The notes under the pieces: model-generated
What the model was told of the DNA's origin: nothing
The model's input: only the letters and a program-made list of their open reading frames with translations
Database searches by the model: none
Made by a program: the position numbers and the translations under genes
Origin: Eledone cirrhosa
Taxonomy: Eukaryota
Reading direction: 5' to 3'
NCBI GenBank assembly: GCA_964016885.1
Contig: OZ024763.1
Coordinates: 18,662,001-18,726,000, forward strand
DNA length: 64,000 nt
Part shown: one piece after another, positions 51,305 to 64,000 of the stretch
Layout of the letters: every line of letters begins with the position of its first letter
Numbering within the stretch: the first letter of the stretch is position 1

Positions 51305-51760
51305 ATAGTTTTGCGAGGTTTTTGATATTAGATCGTGTGTCGAAACAAATATTGTTATACTTGGGGGTGTGGGGGGTCATATTTGTGTAATATTGCCAGA
51401 ATTAATGTGCATGCATAAAGAAGACAAAATAAAATAAACAAATAAATAAATATATAAACAGACTAAATAAAGATGGCGTAGAAAATACAATGCAACGGGA
51501 GGAAACAATAGCACCACTGACGATGTTGCAGATGTGCAACGAAAGAATTTTGATAAACTATATATATGTGTTTGTGTCTATATTGTATCTGTATTATTTT
51601 TCACCGTCGGTCAGTCAATGGCAACATTGAGGACCGAGTAAGTTAGATTACCGATATAAAAGACACAGAAGCGAAAAGCGAAAACCAACCAAACAGTGAG
51701 TGTGTTCTGTTATTAATTCTGGCAATATTACACAAATATGACCCTCCCCAAGTATAATAT
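51305..51760 (+). mobile_element. Family H element with an internal inversion
   Basis: Reverse complement of 2531-2912. 51352-51406 is an inverted copy of 51712-51758. CTGACGA-T-GTTGCA(GATG)TGCAAC-GAAA at 51517-51544. Confidence 0.75.
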
Positions 51761-51777
51761 ATATATATATATATTTA

Positions 51778-52222
51778 TATACGATATTAAACAAATGGAA
51801 ACTATATTTATAAAACCATATTTATTTCATTATACATATTTCAGGGATACCATATTAGAAATATGGCATGCCTTCTTCAGATAAAATACAATATATAAGC
51901 AGTTTTATAAATAAATTTGACGTACCATGAATATTGTTCAACTTCCATTTTAAAAAGTTGGTTTTTTAAATGGAAGTTGAACAATATTCATGGTACGTCA
52001 AATTTATTTATAAAACTGCTTATATATTGTATTTTATCTGAAGAAGGCATGCCATATTTCTAATATGGTATCCCTGAAATATGTATAATGAAATAAATAT
52101 GGTTTTATAAATATAGTTTCCATTTGTTTAATATCGTATATCTACTCCAAAACTTGTTGAGTGCTTTATATCAGTTATAAAATATTTATTCGTTGTAACC
52201 CAACAATTTAAAATAAAACTTT
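51778..52222. mobile_element. Family C palindrome of about 360 bp with an HHR on both strands
   Basis: Arms about 51778-51950 and 51968-52140. HHR at 51823-51888(-) and at 52030-52095(+). Confidence 0.88.
52030..52095 (+). ncRNA. Type I hammerhead ribozyme (family C)
   Basis: TATTTTAT-CTGAAGA-AGG-C-ATGCCATATT(TCT)AATATGGTAT-C-CCT-GAAA-T(ATGT)A-TA^ATGAAATA. Confidence 0.85.
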
Positions 52223-52489
52223 TGCATATATATTTATATATATATATTGACTGTATGATGGTTGAAGCCACCAAATTCTATGAATTTATGGTATGTGACT
52301 TTATGTATATATAAACCCGTAGAGCAAATATTTATTATTAGTACCGATAAAAGTTTAAGCAAAGACTATATAATAGATCATCATCATCATCATCATTATC
52401 ATCGCTTAACGGCCATCTTCCATGCTAGCATATATATATAGGGTTTCAGAAAATCCCATAATTGGGTGAAAGCAGCGATTCTTTGCTTA

Positions 52490-52546
<57 letters not shown>

Positions 52547-52552
<6 letters not shown>

Positions 52553-52956
52553 ATTAAATAAATGGAAACTATATTTATAAAACCATATTTATTTCGTTAT
52601 ATATATTTCAGGGATATCATATTAACAATATGTTATGCCTTCTTCAGACAAAATACAATATAAACAGTCTTATAAATAAATAGATACGACACACCTTTCA
52701 ATCACCTTGCATTTGGGAGGTTGATTTGGCAGTCATATTTATTTATAAGACTGTTTATATTGTATTTTGTCTGAAGAAGGCATAACATATTGTTAATATG
52801 ATATCCCTGAAATATATATAACGAAATAAATATGGTTTTATAAATATAGTTTCCATTTATTTAATATCATAAATATACTCCAAATACTTGTTGAGTGCTT
52901 TTATATCAGTTATAAATATTTACTCATTGTTAACCCAACAACTTAAATATAACTTT

Positions 52957-52958
<2 letters not shown>
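52547..52958. mobile_element. Family C inverted repeat with an HHR on both strands
   Basis: Arms 52547-52682 and 52736-52871, spacer about 53 nt. HHR at 52590-52655(-) and at 52763-52828(+). Confidence 0.88.
52763..52828 (+). ncRNA. Type I hammerhead ribozyme (family C)
   Basis: TATTTTGT-CTGAAGA-AGG...CCT-GAAA-T(ATAT)A-TA^ACGAAATA. Stem I has an A-U to G-C compensatory change relative to the other copies. Confidence 0.87.
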
Positions 52959-52994
<36 letters not shown>

Positions 52995-53023
52995 CTAAGT
53001 TTGAAGAACATACAGATAAAATT

Positions 53024-53160
53024 GTGATGGAGTGTTGGGGTGGTGGAGTGTTGGGGGTGGTGGAGTGTTGGGGGTGGTGGAGTGTTGGGGGTGATGGAGT
53101 GAGGGTGGTTGAGTGGAGGTAGTGGAGTGTTGGGGCTGATGGGTAGTAGGGTGTTGGGTG
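53024..53160. repeat. G-rich 17-18-bp minisatellite
   Basis: GTGGTGGAGTGTTGGGG repeated. Confidence 0.8.
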
Positions 53161-53708
53161 TAGGGTCTGTCTGTGAAACCTCAGGTGTCCCTAGTATCTT
53201 GTTTCATAACCTTTCATAACTGAAGATGGGATCAGAAGCTGATTGCTGTCTGTCTGTGTGTGTTTGTGTGTGTGTGTGTTTGAGTGTGTGTGTGTATGTG
53301 TGTGTGTGTGTGTTTGAGTGTGTGTGTGTGATTGCTGTGTGTGTTTCTATATGTGTGTGATTGTATGTGTATGATTACGCACACACACATGCATACACAC
53401 ACGCATACACACGCACACCCAACATATATGCATATACACACACATACACACACACAGACACACATATATACACATACACACACATATATATACACACACA
53501 CATGCACACACACACACACAGGAACACATATATACACATACACACACATATATATATACACACACACATGCACACACGCACACAGACACACATATGTATA
53601 CACATATGTATATATATATATAGATATATATATATGTATATATATATGTGTATATATATATATATGTATATATGTATATATATACATATATATATAAATA
53701 TGTATATA

Positions 53709-53745
<37 letters not shown>

Positions 53746-53949
53746 ATATATATATGTATATATGTATATATATATGTATATATGTATATATATATGTATA
53801 TATATATATATATATATATAATTGTCATCATTTAACAGCTATTTTCCCTGTGTGTATATACGTATATTATATGTTTATATTATATATACATTCATAAATA
53901 TGTGTGTGTATATATATATGTATGTATATATGTATATAGTACACTCTCA

Positions 53950-54148
53950 CACATATATACATACACTAATACACACAGACTAACACATGCCCACATATAT
54001 ATATATATACTAACACACAGACACATACACACACACACATATAGATATATATACTAACACACAGACACATTCACACACACATATATATATATATATACTA
54101 ACACACATTCACACACACACATATATATATATATATACTAACACACAG

Positions 54149-54181
<33 letters not shown>

Positions 54182-54316
54182 CTAACACACATTCACACAC
54201 ATATATATATATATATACTAACATACATTCACACACACACATATATATATATATATATACTAACACACATTCACACACACACACATATATATATATATAC
54301 TAACACACAGACACAT

Positions 54317-54349
<33 letters not shown>

Positions 54350-54510
54350 CTAACACACAGACACATTCACACACACATATATATATATATATACTAACAC
54401 ACAGACACACACACATATATATATACTAACACACACACACACACATATATATATATACTAACGCACAGACACACACACACACATATATATACTAACACAC
54501 AGACACACAT
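53950..54510. repeat. Compound minisatellite (TA)n-CTAA-(CA)n
   Basis: ATATACTAACACACA units recur about every 30-50 bp. Confidence 0.85.
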
Positions 54511-54829
54511 TTGACATTTTCTCATTATAAAAGACAGAGGAAGCTCATGCTTCTAATTAGATCTCATTTACCATTTAAAATATCATTACTGTTTTATATT
54601 AGGGCTGCTGCTGTTGTTGTTTAACCCTAGGCCAGTAATGACCTCCAAGACAGGCCTATGATCAATGCCACCCCAGTTATGGCCATCACACCCCCTGCTA
54701 TACAGTCTATCTATGACTACATTATGTAATGTTTCTTACATGTTCTAAAGATGGAATTGTGAGGACTGAGTGTGATTTGACTGCTGTTTCTAGCAGGTCG
54801 ACTGACCTAGTAAAGGCTTCTGTGCTGGG

Positions 54830-54863
<34 letters not shown>

Positions 54864-55099
54864 CTTTGGCTTGTAATTGAAATTGTGTGTGTGTGTTAAT
54901 TTGTGTGTGCATGTGAATGTGAATGTATGTTTGTGTGAATGTGTGTTTGTATGTTTGTGTGTGTGTGTGTGTGTGTTTGTGTGTGTGTGTTTGTATGTTG
55001 GTGCGTGTGTGTGTGTTTGTATGTTTGTGTGTGTGTGTTTGTGTGTTTATGTGTGTGTTTGTATGTTTGTATGTTTGTGTGTGTTTGTGTGTGTTTGTA

Positions 55100-55139
<40 letters not shown>

Positions 55140-55667
55140 CATCTGTGTCAATTTGTGCGTGCATGTGAATGTATGTGTGTTTATTTGTGAATCTGTCTGT
55201 GTTTGAATGTGACTGTATGTTTGCGTGTGTGTGTGTGTGTGGTGTGGTGTGTATATGTTGTGTGAATGTGACTGTTTGTGTGTGTGTGGTGTGTATATGT
55301 TGTGTGAATGTGAATGTATGTTTGTGTGCGTGTGTGTGTGTGTCTTCCTATTCTTAATGGTTGAATACACCCAGTTGATATTGTGTATCCGATGGAAGGT
55401 AACTTAACGCATGACATTATGAAATATTTTAATTAAAAGACAAAATGCATATATGTATGTGTGTGTGCATGTATATATTTATATATATATATATGTGTGT
55501 GCATGTGTATATATTTATATGTGTATATATATATATATATATGTGTGTGTGTATGTATATATTTATATGTGTATGTGTGACCATGTCTCGCTCATATAGG
55601 ACTATCTGGCAGGTTTTCTACGGCTGGATGCCCTTCCTAACACCAACCACATTTACCGTGTGGACTG

Positions 55668-56020
55668 CATGGAGGCACATGGCTTAGTGGTTAGAGCATT
55701 GGCCTTGCAATCGAAAGGTTGTGAGTTCAATTCTCAGACCGGGTGATGTGTTGTTTCCTTGAGCAAGACACTTTATTTCACATTGCTCCAGTTTACTCAG
55801 CTGTAGAAATGAGATGATAGGGACTGGGGTCCCTGTCATTCCACTGCAAAATGGTTGTGGAGGTGCCACGGCAAAAAAAAGCACCCAGCACTCACTGTAA
55901 ATGAGGTTGGTGTTAGGAAGGGCATCCAGCTGTAGAAATCAAGCCAGAATCAGTTCCCATCCCACCTTTGCAAGCAGGGAAAAAGCGGACGTAAAATGAA
56001 ATGATGATGATGATGATGAT
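55668..56020 (+). mobile_element. Full-length CORE-like SINE
   Basis: Head ATGGAGGCACATGGCTTAGTGG through the (GAT)n tail. Neighbouring SINE/RTE-UTR pieces at 55580-55667(-), 56125-56362(+), 56591-56880(+) and 56900-57170(-). Confidence 0.92.
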
Positions 56021-56440
56021 GTGTATATATATGTGTGTGTGTGTATATATTTATATATATATGTAAAAAAAAAATATATATGTAAAAAATATATATGTTA
56101 AAAGAAATATATGTATAAAAAAAAAAAACACACAGTCCACGCTGTAATGTGGCCGTGTAGGTAACACGGTAAAAACCTCCCAGTCCACATGGTAAATGTG
56201 GTTGGTGTTAGGAAGGGCATCCAGCCGTAGAAAACCTGCCAGATAGTCCTATATGAGCGAGACACGGTCACCCGACCAACCTTGCCTCAAGTGGCACAAC
56301 TCCCGTCTAACCCATGCTAGCCTAGCGTAGAAGATAGATGTTAAACGATGATGATGATGATGTGTATGTGTGTATATATATATGTGTGTATATTTATATA
56401 TATATGTGTATGTGTATATTTATATATATATGTGTATGTG

Positions 56441-56475
<35 letters not shown>

Positions 56476-56517
56476 ATATTTATATATATATATGTGTATA
56501 TATATTTATATATATAT

Positions 56518-56577
<60 letters not shown>

Positions 56578-57226
56578 ATGTGTGTCTCTATATGAAGGCA
56601 CATGGCTTAGTGGTTACAGCATTGGGCTTGCAATTGAGAAGTTGTGTTTGAGTTTGGTTCTCGGACAGGGTGATGCGTTGTGTCCTTGAGCAAGACACTT
56701 TATTTCACGTTGCTCCAGTTTACTCAGAAATATGTTGTATCATCACTGGTGCCAAGCTGTATCGGCCATTGCCTTTCCCTTGGACAACATCAGTGGTGTG
56801 GAGAGGGAACAAACCTTGCCCAGACTTGTGCCTCGGTGGGAAACTTTCTAGGGGCAAGATCACGGTCATTTGCGACCGAGTGGGGCCTTAAAAAGATATA
56901 TCATCAACATCGTCATCATCGTTTTACCATCCATTCTTCCACGCTAGCATGGGTTAGACGGGTTGTCCTGTTGTGAGCAATGCCAGGTCAGGTGACCTTG
57001 TCTTGCTCAAACGGGAACTGATTTCGGCTTCATTTCTACAGCTGGATGCCATTGCTGACACCAACCCCATTTACAGTGAGTACTGGATGCTTTTTTTTTT
57101 ACCGTGGCGCCTACACAACCACTTTACAGTGTGGGCTGGGTGCCTTTTTGTCGTGACACCTCCATGACCTCTTTGTATTGGGAGGGGGGTGGGGGAATAT
57201 TGTCTATATGCTTCAGCTTCGGCTTG

Positions 57227-57566
57227 TACCCTCTGAGATCAGAGAGTTACTCCAGGTAGAGCCACGACTTCTCTGAATTGAGAGATCACAGCTCTGATAC
57301 TATGGGGCATGTGGTTAGATTTTCTCAGGAAAGAATTGCTGGATGGATTTTACAGGCAAAAACCAACCGGCAGGAGACCCAGGGGTAGACCCCGAGCAAG
57401 ATGGTTAGGAGAACATCTATGAGCTTGACTGGTCTTGTTTGGGGATCCAACCAGATCAGTTGTAGACCGTTGCTTCTGACAGGACCCGCTGGAAGGAGTT
57501 GTTTGAAGACTCTGCCACTACGATCCTCTCAGGAATAAGTGGGCAAAGAAGAAGTAGATGATGAAG
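57227..57566 (+). mobile_element. Degenerate RTE (Expander/Rex3-like) 3' end
   Basis: With stops and frameshifts: LQVEPRLL*IERSQL*YYGHVVRFSQERI...TGRRPRGRPRARW...ASDRTRWKEL. Confidence 0.75.
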
Positions 57567-58192
57567 ATCTCGAAAAGATGACAGGCAAATTTTACCTCAA
57601 CAGTGATGTGAACTGAGAGTACAGAAAGATAGTACAAATAACGAGATATTTTTTTAAAAAATCTGACGCCATAATGACTCTGTCCAAATCACCACCTTAA
57701 TGATATTGCTTACAAAACCTATTACAACCTTGAAGCAGATCTTTGTTCAGTTAAGTGTTCCCAGATATGAATAATAAACAATAAACTGTGAATTAGTGGT
57801 TGATAGCAACAGACTAGCATCTATTAATATTTTATAGTTTTAAGCTGAGTTTCAAATTGGAAAAGAAAAGTTTATTTATTTTACCTATTTTTTTCTTTTA
57901 TTTTTTCTTTTGTTTTCCCGTTTTTTTGTTTTAAATTTTCCTGATAATCTGATGATATTTTCAGTTTTATCATTATTATTGTTATTATTATTATTATTAT
58001 TAGTTGTGGTTCTCTCTCTTTTGTTTTTTCTTTTCTTTTCTTCATACTTTTACCCAGCACACATTTCTCACAATCCTTCTATTGTGTACAGATGACATCA
58101 GTTGGCCAGGAGCACAGAAGCAATCCTGGACTACTGCTTATATATATATATATATATATATTGTATATATATATATTGTATATATATATGTA

Positions 58193-58358
58193 TACTCAGC
58201 TGAAAATGAGTACCAGCAATAGCTGGAGGTTTAACCCTGCGATGGACTGGCGTCCTGTCCAGGGGGGGAGTTTTGTACTCTCAGTCGCTTCACGCCATGA
58301 AACCGCGATAAGCACCGGCCAAATGAGCCTTCTGGCTTAAGACAGACTTTAGACTTTA
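58193..58358 (+). mobile_element. SINE 3' fragment (third family)
   Basis: ACTCAGCTGAAAATGAGTACC then CCCTGCGATGGACTGGCGTCCTGTCCAGGG...GAAACCGCGATAAGC, a CORE-like end plus a widespread SINE 3' motif. Confidence 0.6.
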
Positions 58359-60044
58359 GATATATATACAAGTGGAAGCTTAGTAAAATCGACCTACAAT
58401 AAGGAATGAGTAGCAAAGCACTCAATAAGGGTAAGAGGTCTTTAGAGTAATAACATACGTTTAAATAGCTTGACAAATTGAAAATTGCAGTAGGCAAAAC
58501 CCAACCATACAATACCAAAACAACGAAAGAACTAATCAGATTAAAACAACAGACCTGGACAGATCTAACGATATTCTGCAATATACAAATATACAGAGAG
58601 AGAAAGGGATTTGGCTGCCATTTCTAGCAGGTTGGTGAAATCGGTTGCTGCACTTGCATAACTCTTCTTCTTCTCTTTCATGTTGTAGATAGAAGAAGAA
58701 GGGTCTGACACATAAGCCTAGTGTTTTAGATATGGTGGAGGGGGGTGGAGGGAGGAGAGAGACGGGGGGGGGTGGCAGGGTGGAGGGAGGTATGAAAAGA
58801 GGGAGAGAGAGAGAGAGAGGATGAAGCTCTGTGGAAGTTTGTGTTGGGCGCCAGAATGTCTGTTGAAAGGAGGGAAGGAGACAAAGTTTGTTGTATTGAA
58901 AGTTTGATAGATATATATATATAGAGAGAGGCAGAGAGATAGATAGAGAGAGATAGATAGAGAAAGAAAGAAAGAGAGGAATAGGTAGCCCGAGAGAGGG
59001 AGATAAAGATAGATGCAGGGGGGGGGGGGTGACAGGATTTTGGTAGAAGAGCGGGCTCTCTCTCTCACTACACACACACACACACACATATAGTGTAGGT
59101 GGTTCAGTGAATTATATATATGTATATATATGAATAGTATAACTAATACTATGTATATATATATATATGTATGTATGTATGAGGTGGTGGTGGTAGAGAA
59201 AGAAAAAAAAACAGGCTCCCCTGTTTTTTTTAATTCTTCAAGCCCCCCTCTCCTCTGTGGGTCATCTCCCTGCTCATCCCCCCCACCCCATCTCCCCCAC
59301 GCCATCTCCCCCACCCCACCATATTACAGACAGCAGTAAAATACTTGTCAAGATAATGGTACTTTGTGTGTGTGTGTGGTACTTTTTTTTCCACTTAACC
59401 TGTATATGTGTTTATGTTTTTGTGTCTATATGTGTCTATTTGTGTTTGTTGTGTGTGTTTGTCTGTGTGTATGTGTGTGTGTGTTAACGTGTATGTGTTT
59501 GTGTGTGTGTATATATGTGTGTGTTTGTCTGTGTGTGTGTTAACGTGTATGTGTTTGTGTGTGTGTATATATGTGTGTGTTTGTCTGTGTGTGTCTGTCT
59601 ATGTGTGTGTGTTAACGTGTATGTGTGTGTGTGTATGTGTGTGTGTGTGTTTGTGTTTGCATCTATATATGTCTGTGTGTGCGTGTGTTAATGTGTATGT
59701 TTGTGTGTGTGTATATATGTGTGTGTGTGCCTGTGTTTATGTGTTTGTGTGTGTCTGTGTTTATGTGTCTGTGTCTGTGTTAATGGGTGTGTGTTTGTGT
59801 GTGTGTGCAAGATCAACTTTGCTCTAAATCCCTCAGAGTGGGGTGTCTATTGAAATAAAGTACCAGTCATATTCTGGGGTTTGATTTAATGCACTTCTCC
59901 CCCTCACCTAAATTGCTGGCCTTGTGCCTAAATTAAAACCAATGATGGTTGATTGGTAGAATTAGACTTTTGAACAAAATACTGTTCAGTTCTCTGTGGA
60001 TCTGAGTTCAAATTCCCCCAGGGTCAACTCTACTGTGTAAGGGG

Positions 60045-61425
60045 CTGGTTAAACTTGCATATATGTGAGTTGTAGCAACAATAGCATGATAGGGCTGGAG
60101 CCCCTATTATTAAAACATCACAGAAAACCTCCTGTGAGCTCCAACCTCATAGGAGACCAGCTAAACATTTATAGTTGGGAGTTGCAAAAACAACAACATG
60201 ATAGGGCTGGGGCCCCTGTCATTGAAACACCTGAGAAACCTCCTGTGAGATACCTCATAGGAGACCAGCTAAACATTTATAGCTGGGAGTTGCAAAAACA
60301 ACAACATGATAGGGCTGGGGCCCCTGTCATTGAAACACCTGAGAAACCTCCTGTGAGATACAACCTTGAAGGGGGCCAGCTAAACCCACATAGCTGAGAG
60401 TTGTAGCAAGAAGAATATGAAAGAACTGGGCTCCTATCATTAAAATACCTGAGAAACCTCCTGTGAGATACAATCTCATAGGAGGCCAGCTAAATCTACA
60501 TTAGGTGTGAACTCATGCAACAACAACATGATAGAACTGTGGGCCCCTATCATTTAAACACTCCAAGAAACCTCATATGAGATGCAAGTTCATGAGAAGC
60601 CGGCTAAACCTGTGGCAACAACATGATATGATAGGAACCCCTATCATTAAAACCACCCCTCCCCAATGAGATGTAAGCTCTTAAGAAGAGAGCTATACCT
60701 ACATAGATGTGACTGTAACAGCAATATGGTATGACTGGGTCCCTATCATTAAAACACCCCCTATTAGATGCAAGGTAAACTTTCATAAATGTGAGCTGTA
60801 ACAACGTGGTATAACTGAAGCCCCTGTCATAAAAAACCCTACTAGATGTGAGCTAAATCTAAATAGATGTGAGCTAAACCTACATAGATGTGAGCTAAAC
60901 CTACAAAGATGTGACTAACAACATGGTATGACTGGGGGCTCTATCATAAAACACCCCCTATTAGATGTGAGCTTATGCTACAAAGATGTAACTGTAACAA
61001 CATGGTATGACTGAGGCCCCTGTCATAAAAAAAACCCCTATTAGATGTGAGCTTATGCTACAAAGATGTAACTGTAACAACATGGTATGACTGAGGCCCC
61101 TGTCATAAAAAAAACCCCTATTAGATGTGAGCTTATGCTACAAAGATGTGACTGTAACAACATGGTATGACTGAGGCCCCTGTCATAAAAAAAACCCCTA
61201 TTAGATGTGAGCTTATGCTACAAAGATGTGACTGTAACAACTTGGTATGACTGCAGTCCCTGTACTTAAAACACCCTCAATTAGATGCGAGTTAAACCTA
61301 CAAAGATGCAAGCTGTAACAACAGCATGTTATGACTGGGGACCCTGTCATTAAAACACCCTGAATTAGATGCAAACTTTTAAGATGCAAGCTAAACCTAC
61401 ATAGGCGTGAACTGTAACAACAACA
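60045..61425. repeat. Degenerate tandem array (units about 118 bp, then about 60-70 bp) with a SINE-like hairpin
   Basis: CATGATAGGGCTGGGGCCCCTGTCATT recurs. Near-exact units at 60132-60360 and 60955-61250. Confidence 0.85.
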
Positions 61426-62080
61426 GCATCATAATCAGTGTGCTTAGAATGCAAAAAATATCGGGGCCTGATTTCAGAATAACAGCAGCAACAGCAGCAA
61501 CAGCAGCAACAGCAGCAACAGCAGCAACAACTTTTCTGGAATAGGGTGGTATTGGTGGTGGTGTTTGTGGTGGCAGTGGTAGTGGTGTCAGTAGTGGTGT
61601 CAGTGGTGGTGGTATTGGTGGTGGTGTTGGTGGTAGTAGTGGTATTAGTGGTGGTGGTGTTGGTGGTGGTAGTGGTATTAGTGGTAGTGGTGTTGGTGGT
61701 GGCAGTGGTGGTGGCAGTGGTAGTGGTGTCAGTGGTGGTGGTGTTGGTGGTAGCAGTGGTAGTGGTGTTAGTGGTGGTGGTGTTGGTGGTAGCAGTGGCA
61801 GTGGTAGTGGTGTTAGTGGTGGTGGTGTTGGTGGTAGCAGTGGTGTTGGTAGTGGTGTCGGTGGTGGTGTTGGTGGTGGTAGTGGTTAGGTAGGAGTGGG
61901 TGGTGGTGGTGTTAGTGGTGGTGGTGGTGGTGGTGTTAGTGGTAGTGGTGGTGGTGGTGGTGATTATGCAGGGCTGGGGTGGTGTCTGTTAGGTAGGGGT
62001 GAGGTGGGGTGGTAGCTAACCTATCCTCTGTTTTATATTTATAAAACTGTTATCTTTCAGATTTAGTAGAGTGATGGAGT

Positions 62081-62730
62081 TTGTCTGGATGTGTGTGTGT
62101 GTGGTGTGTGTATGTGTGTGTGTATGAGTGTGGTGCTTATGTGTGTGTGTGTGTGGTGTATATATGTGTAAGTGTATGTATGTGTATGTGGTGTGTGTGT
62201 ATGTGTGTGATGTATGTATGTGTATGTGGTGTGAGTGTGTCTGGATGTATGTGTGTGTGGTGTGTGTATGTGTGTGTGTATGAGTGTGGTGCTTATGTGT
62301 GTGTGTGTGTGGTGTATATATGTGTAAGTGTATGTATGTGTATGTGGTGTGTGTGTATGTGTGTGGTGTATATATGTGTAAGTGTATGTATGTGTATGTG
62401 GTGTGTGAGTATGTGTGTGGTGTATATATGTGTAAGTGGTGTGTGTGTATGTGTGTGGTGTATATATGTGTAAGTGTATGTATGTGTATGTGGTGTGTGT
62501 GTGTATGTGTGTGGTGTATATATGTGTAAGTGTATGTATGTGTATGTGGTGTGTGTGTATGTGTGTGGTGTATATATGTGTAAGTGTATGTATGTGTATG
62601 TGGTGTGTGTGTATGTGTGTGGTGTATATATGTGTAAGTGTATGTATGTGTATGTGGTGTGTGTGTATGTGTGTGTCTGGATATGTAGGAGTGAATGTGT
62701 CTGTGTATGTGTGGGTGTGTATGAGTGTGT
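62081..62730. repeat. GT-rich minisatellite, unit about 53 bp
   Basis: GTGTGTGGTGTATATATGTGTAAGTGTATGTATGTGTATGTGGTGTGTGTGTAT. Confidence 0.88.
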
Positions 62731-63169
62731 ATGGTGATGGTGGTGGTGGTGGTAGTGGTGATTGTGGTGGTGGTAGAGGTGGTGTTGGTGATTGTAGTGG
62801 TGGTGTCGGTGGTGATGGTGGTGGTGGTGATTGTAGTGGTGGTATCGGTGTTGGTGGTGGTAGTGGTGGTGGTGATTGTAGTGGTGGTGTCGGTGATTGT
62901 AGTGGTGATGTCGGTGGTGGTGGTGGTGGTGGTAGTGGTGGTGGTGATTGTAGTGGTGGTGTCGGTGATTGTAGTGGTGGTGTCGGTGGTGATGGTGATG
63001 GTGGTGGTGGTGGTGGTGATTGTAGTGGTGGTGGTGGTGGTGATTGTAGCGGTGGTGTCGGTGGTGATGGTGTTGGTGTCGGTGGTGATGGAGTGATGTT
63101 TGAGATGTTTGTTAAATGCCAGTCACCACAGCTATACTGCTGTTGCTAATCCTTCACTGGGTCTCTCTA

Positions 63170-64000
63170 AACAACAACATACACCCTTAACAACAACACA
63201 TACAACAACACACACCTCTCACAACAACAACAACACATACAACAACATACAACATACACCCCTCACAACAACAACACATACAACAACATACAACATACAC
63301 CCCTCACAACAACAACACATACAACAACATACACCCCTCACAACAACAACAAAACAAACAAACAACATGCAACATAAACCCCTCACAACAACAACACATA
63401 CAACAACATACAACATACACCCCTCACAACAACAACACATACAACAACATACAACATACACCCCTCACAACAACAACACATACAACAACATACACTCCTC
63501 ACAACAGCAACACATACAACAACATACAACATACACCCCTCACAACAACAACACATACAACAACATACACCCCTCACAACAACAACACATACAACAACAT
63601 ACACCCCTCACAACAACAACACATACAACAACATACAGCATACACCCCTCACAACAACAACACATACAACAACATACAACATACACCCCTCACAACAAAA
63701 CACATACAACAACATACAACATACACCCCTCACAACAACAACACATACAACAACATACAACATACACCCCTCACAACAACAACACATACAACAACATACA
63801 ACATACACCCCTCACAACAACACATACAACAACATACACCCCTCACAACAACAACACATACAACAACATACAACATACACCCCTCACAACAACAACACAT
63901 ACAACAACATACACCCCTCACAACAACAACACATACAACAACATACAACATACACCCCTCACAAAAACAACACATACAACAACATACAACATACACTCCT
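63170..64000. repeat. CA-rich 34-44-bp minisatellite running off the window
   Basis: CACAACAACAACACATACAACAACATACAACATACACCCCT. Confidence 0.92.

Noticed and set aside
52441-52492. CAGAAAA-TCCCA(TAAT)TGGGT-GAAA hammerhead-like remnant
   Set aside because: The core is too degenerate and stems I and III are absent.

Overview
This is a repeat-saturated eukaryotic window. It is probably octopod/cephalopod DNA, inferred from tRNA-derived CORE-type SINEs with RTE tails and extreme (TA)n/(CA)n/(GGT)n microsatellite density. I can support no host protein-coding gene, and almost all ORF-track entries are microsatellite artefacts. Recognisable content: 5'-truncated RTE-clade LINE fragments (one with a PHD finger inside the RT region, one with a twin-priming-like inversion), partner SINEs with expandable internal minisatellites, Tx1/L1-like 3' ends in GATA repeats, Helitron-like elements, and a 13-kb 61-bp satellite that appears to have grown inside one SINE/RTE-3'UTR copy. 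The main signal that no ORF explains is about 20 complete, partial or degenerate type I hammerhead ribozyme (HHR) motifs from about 8 sequence families, some with compensatory base changes between copies. They lie in short non-coding elements inserted in (TA)n, often as head-to-head palindromes carrying a ribozyme on each strand. This matches Penelope-like element (PLE) pseudo-LTRs or non-LTR retrozymes, and one GIY-YIG-like C-terminal remnant is present. All structures were paired by eye, and no database search or folding program was run.
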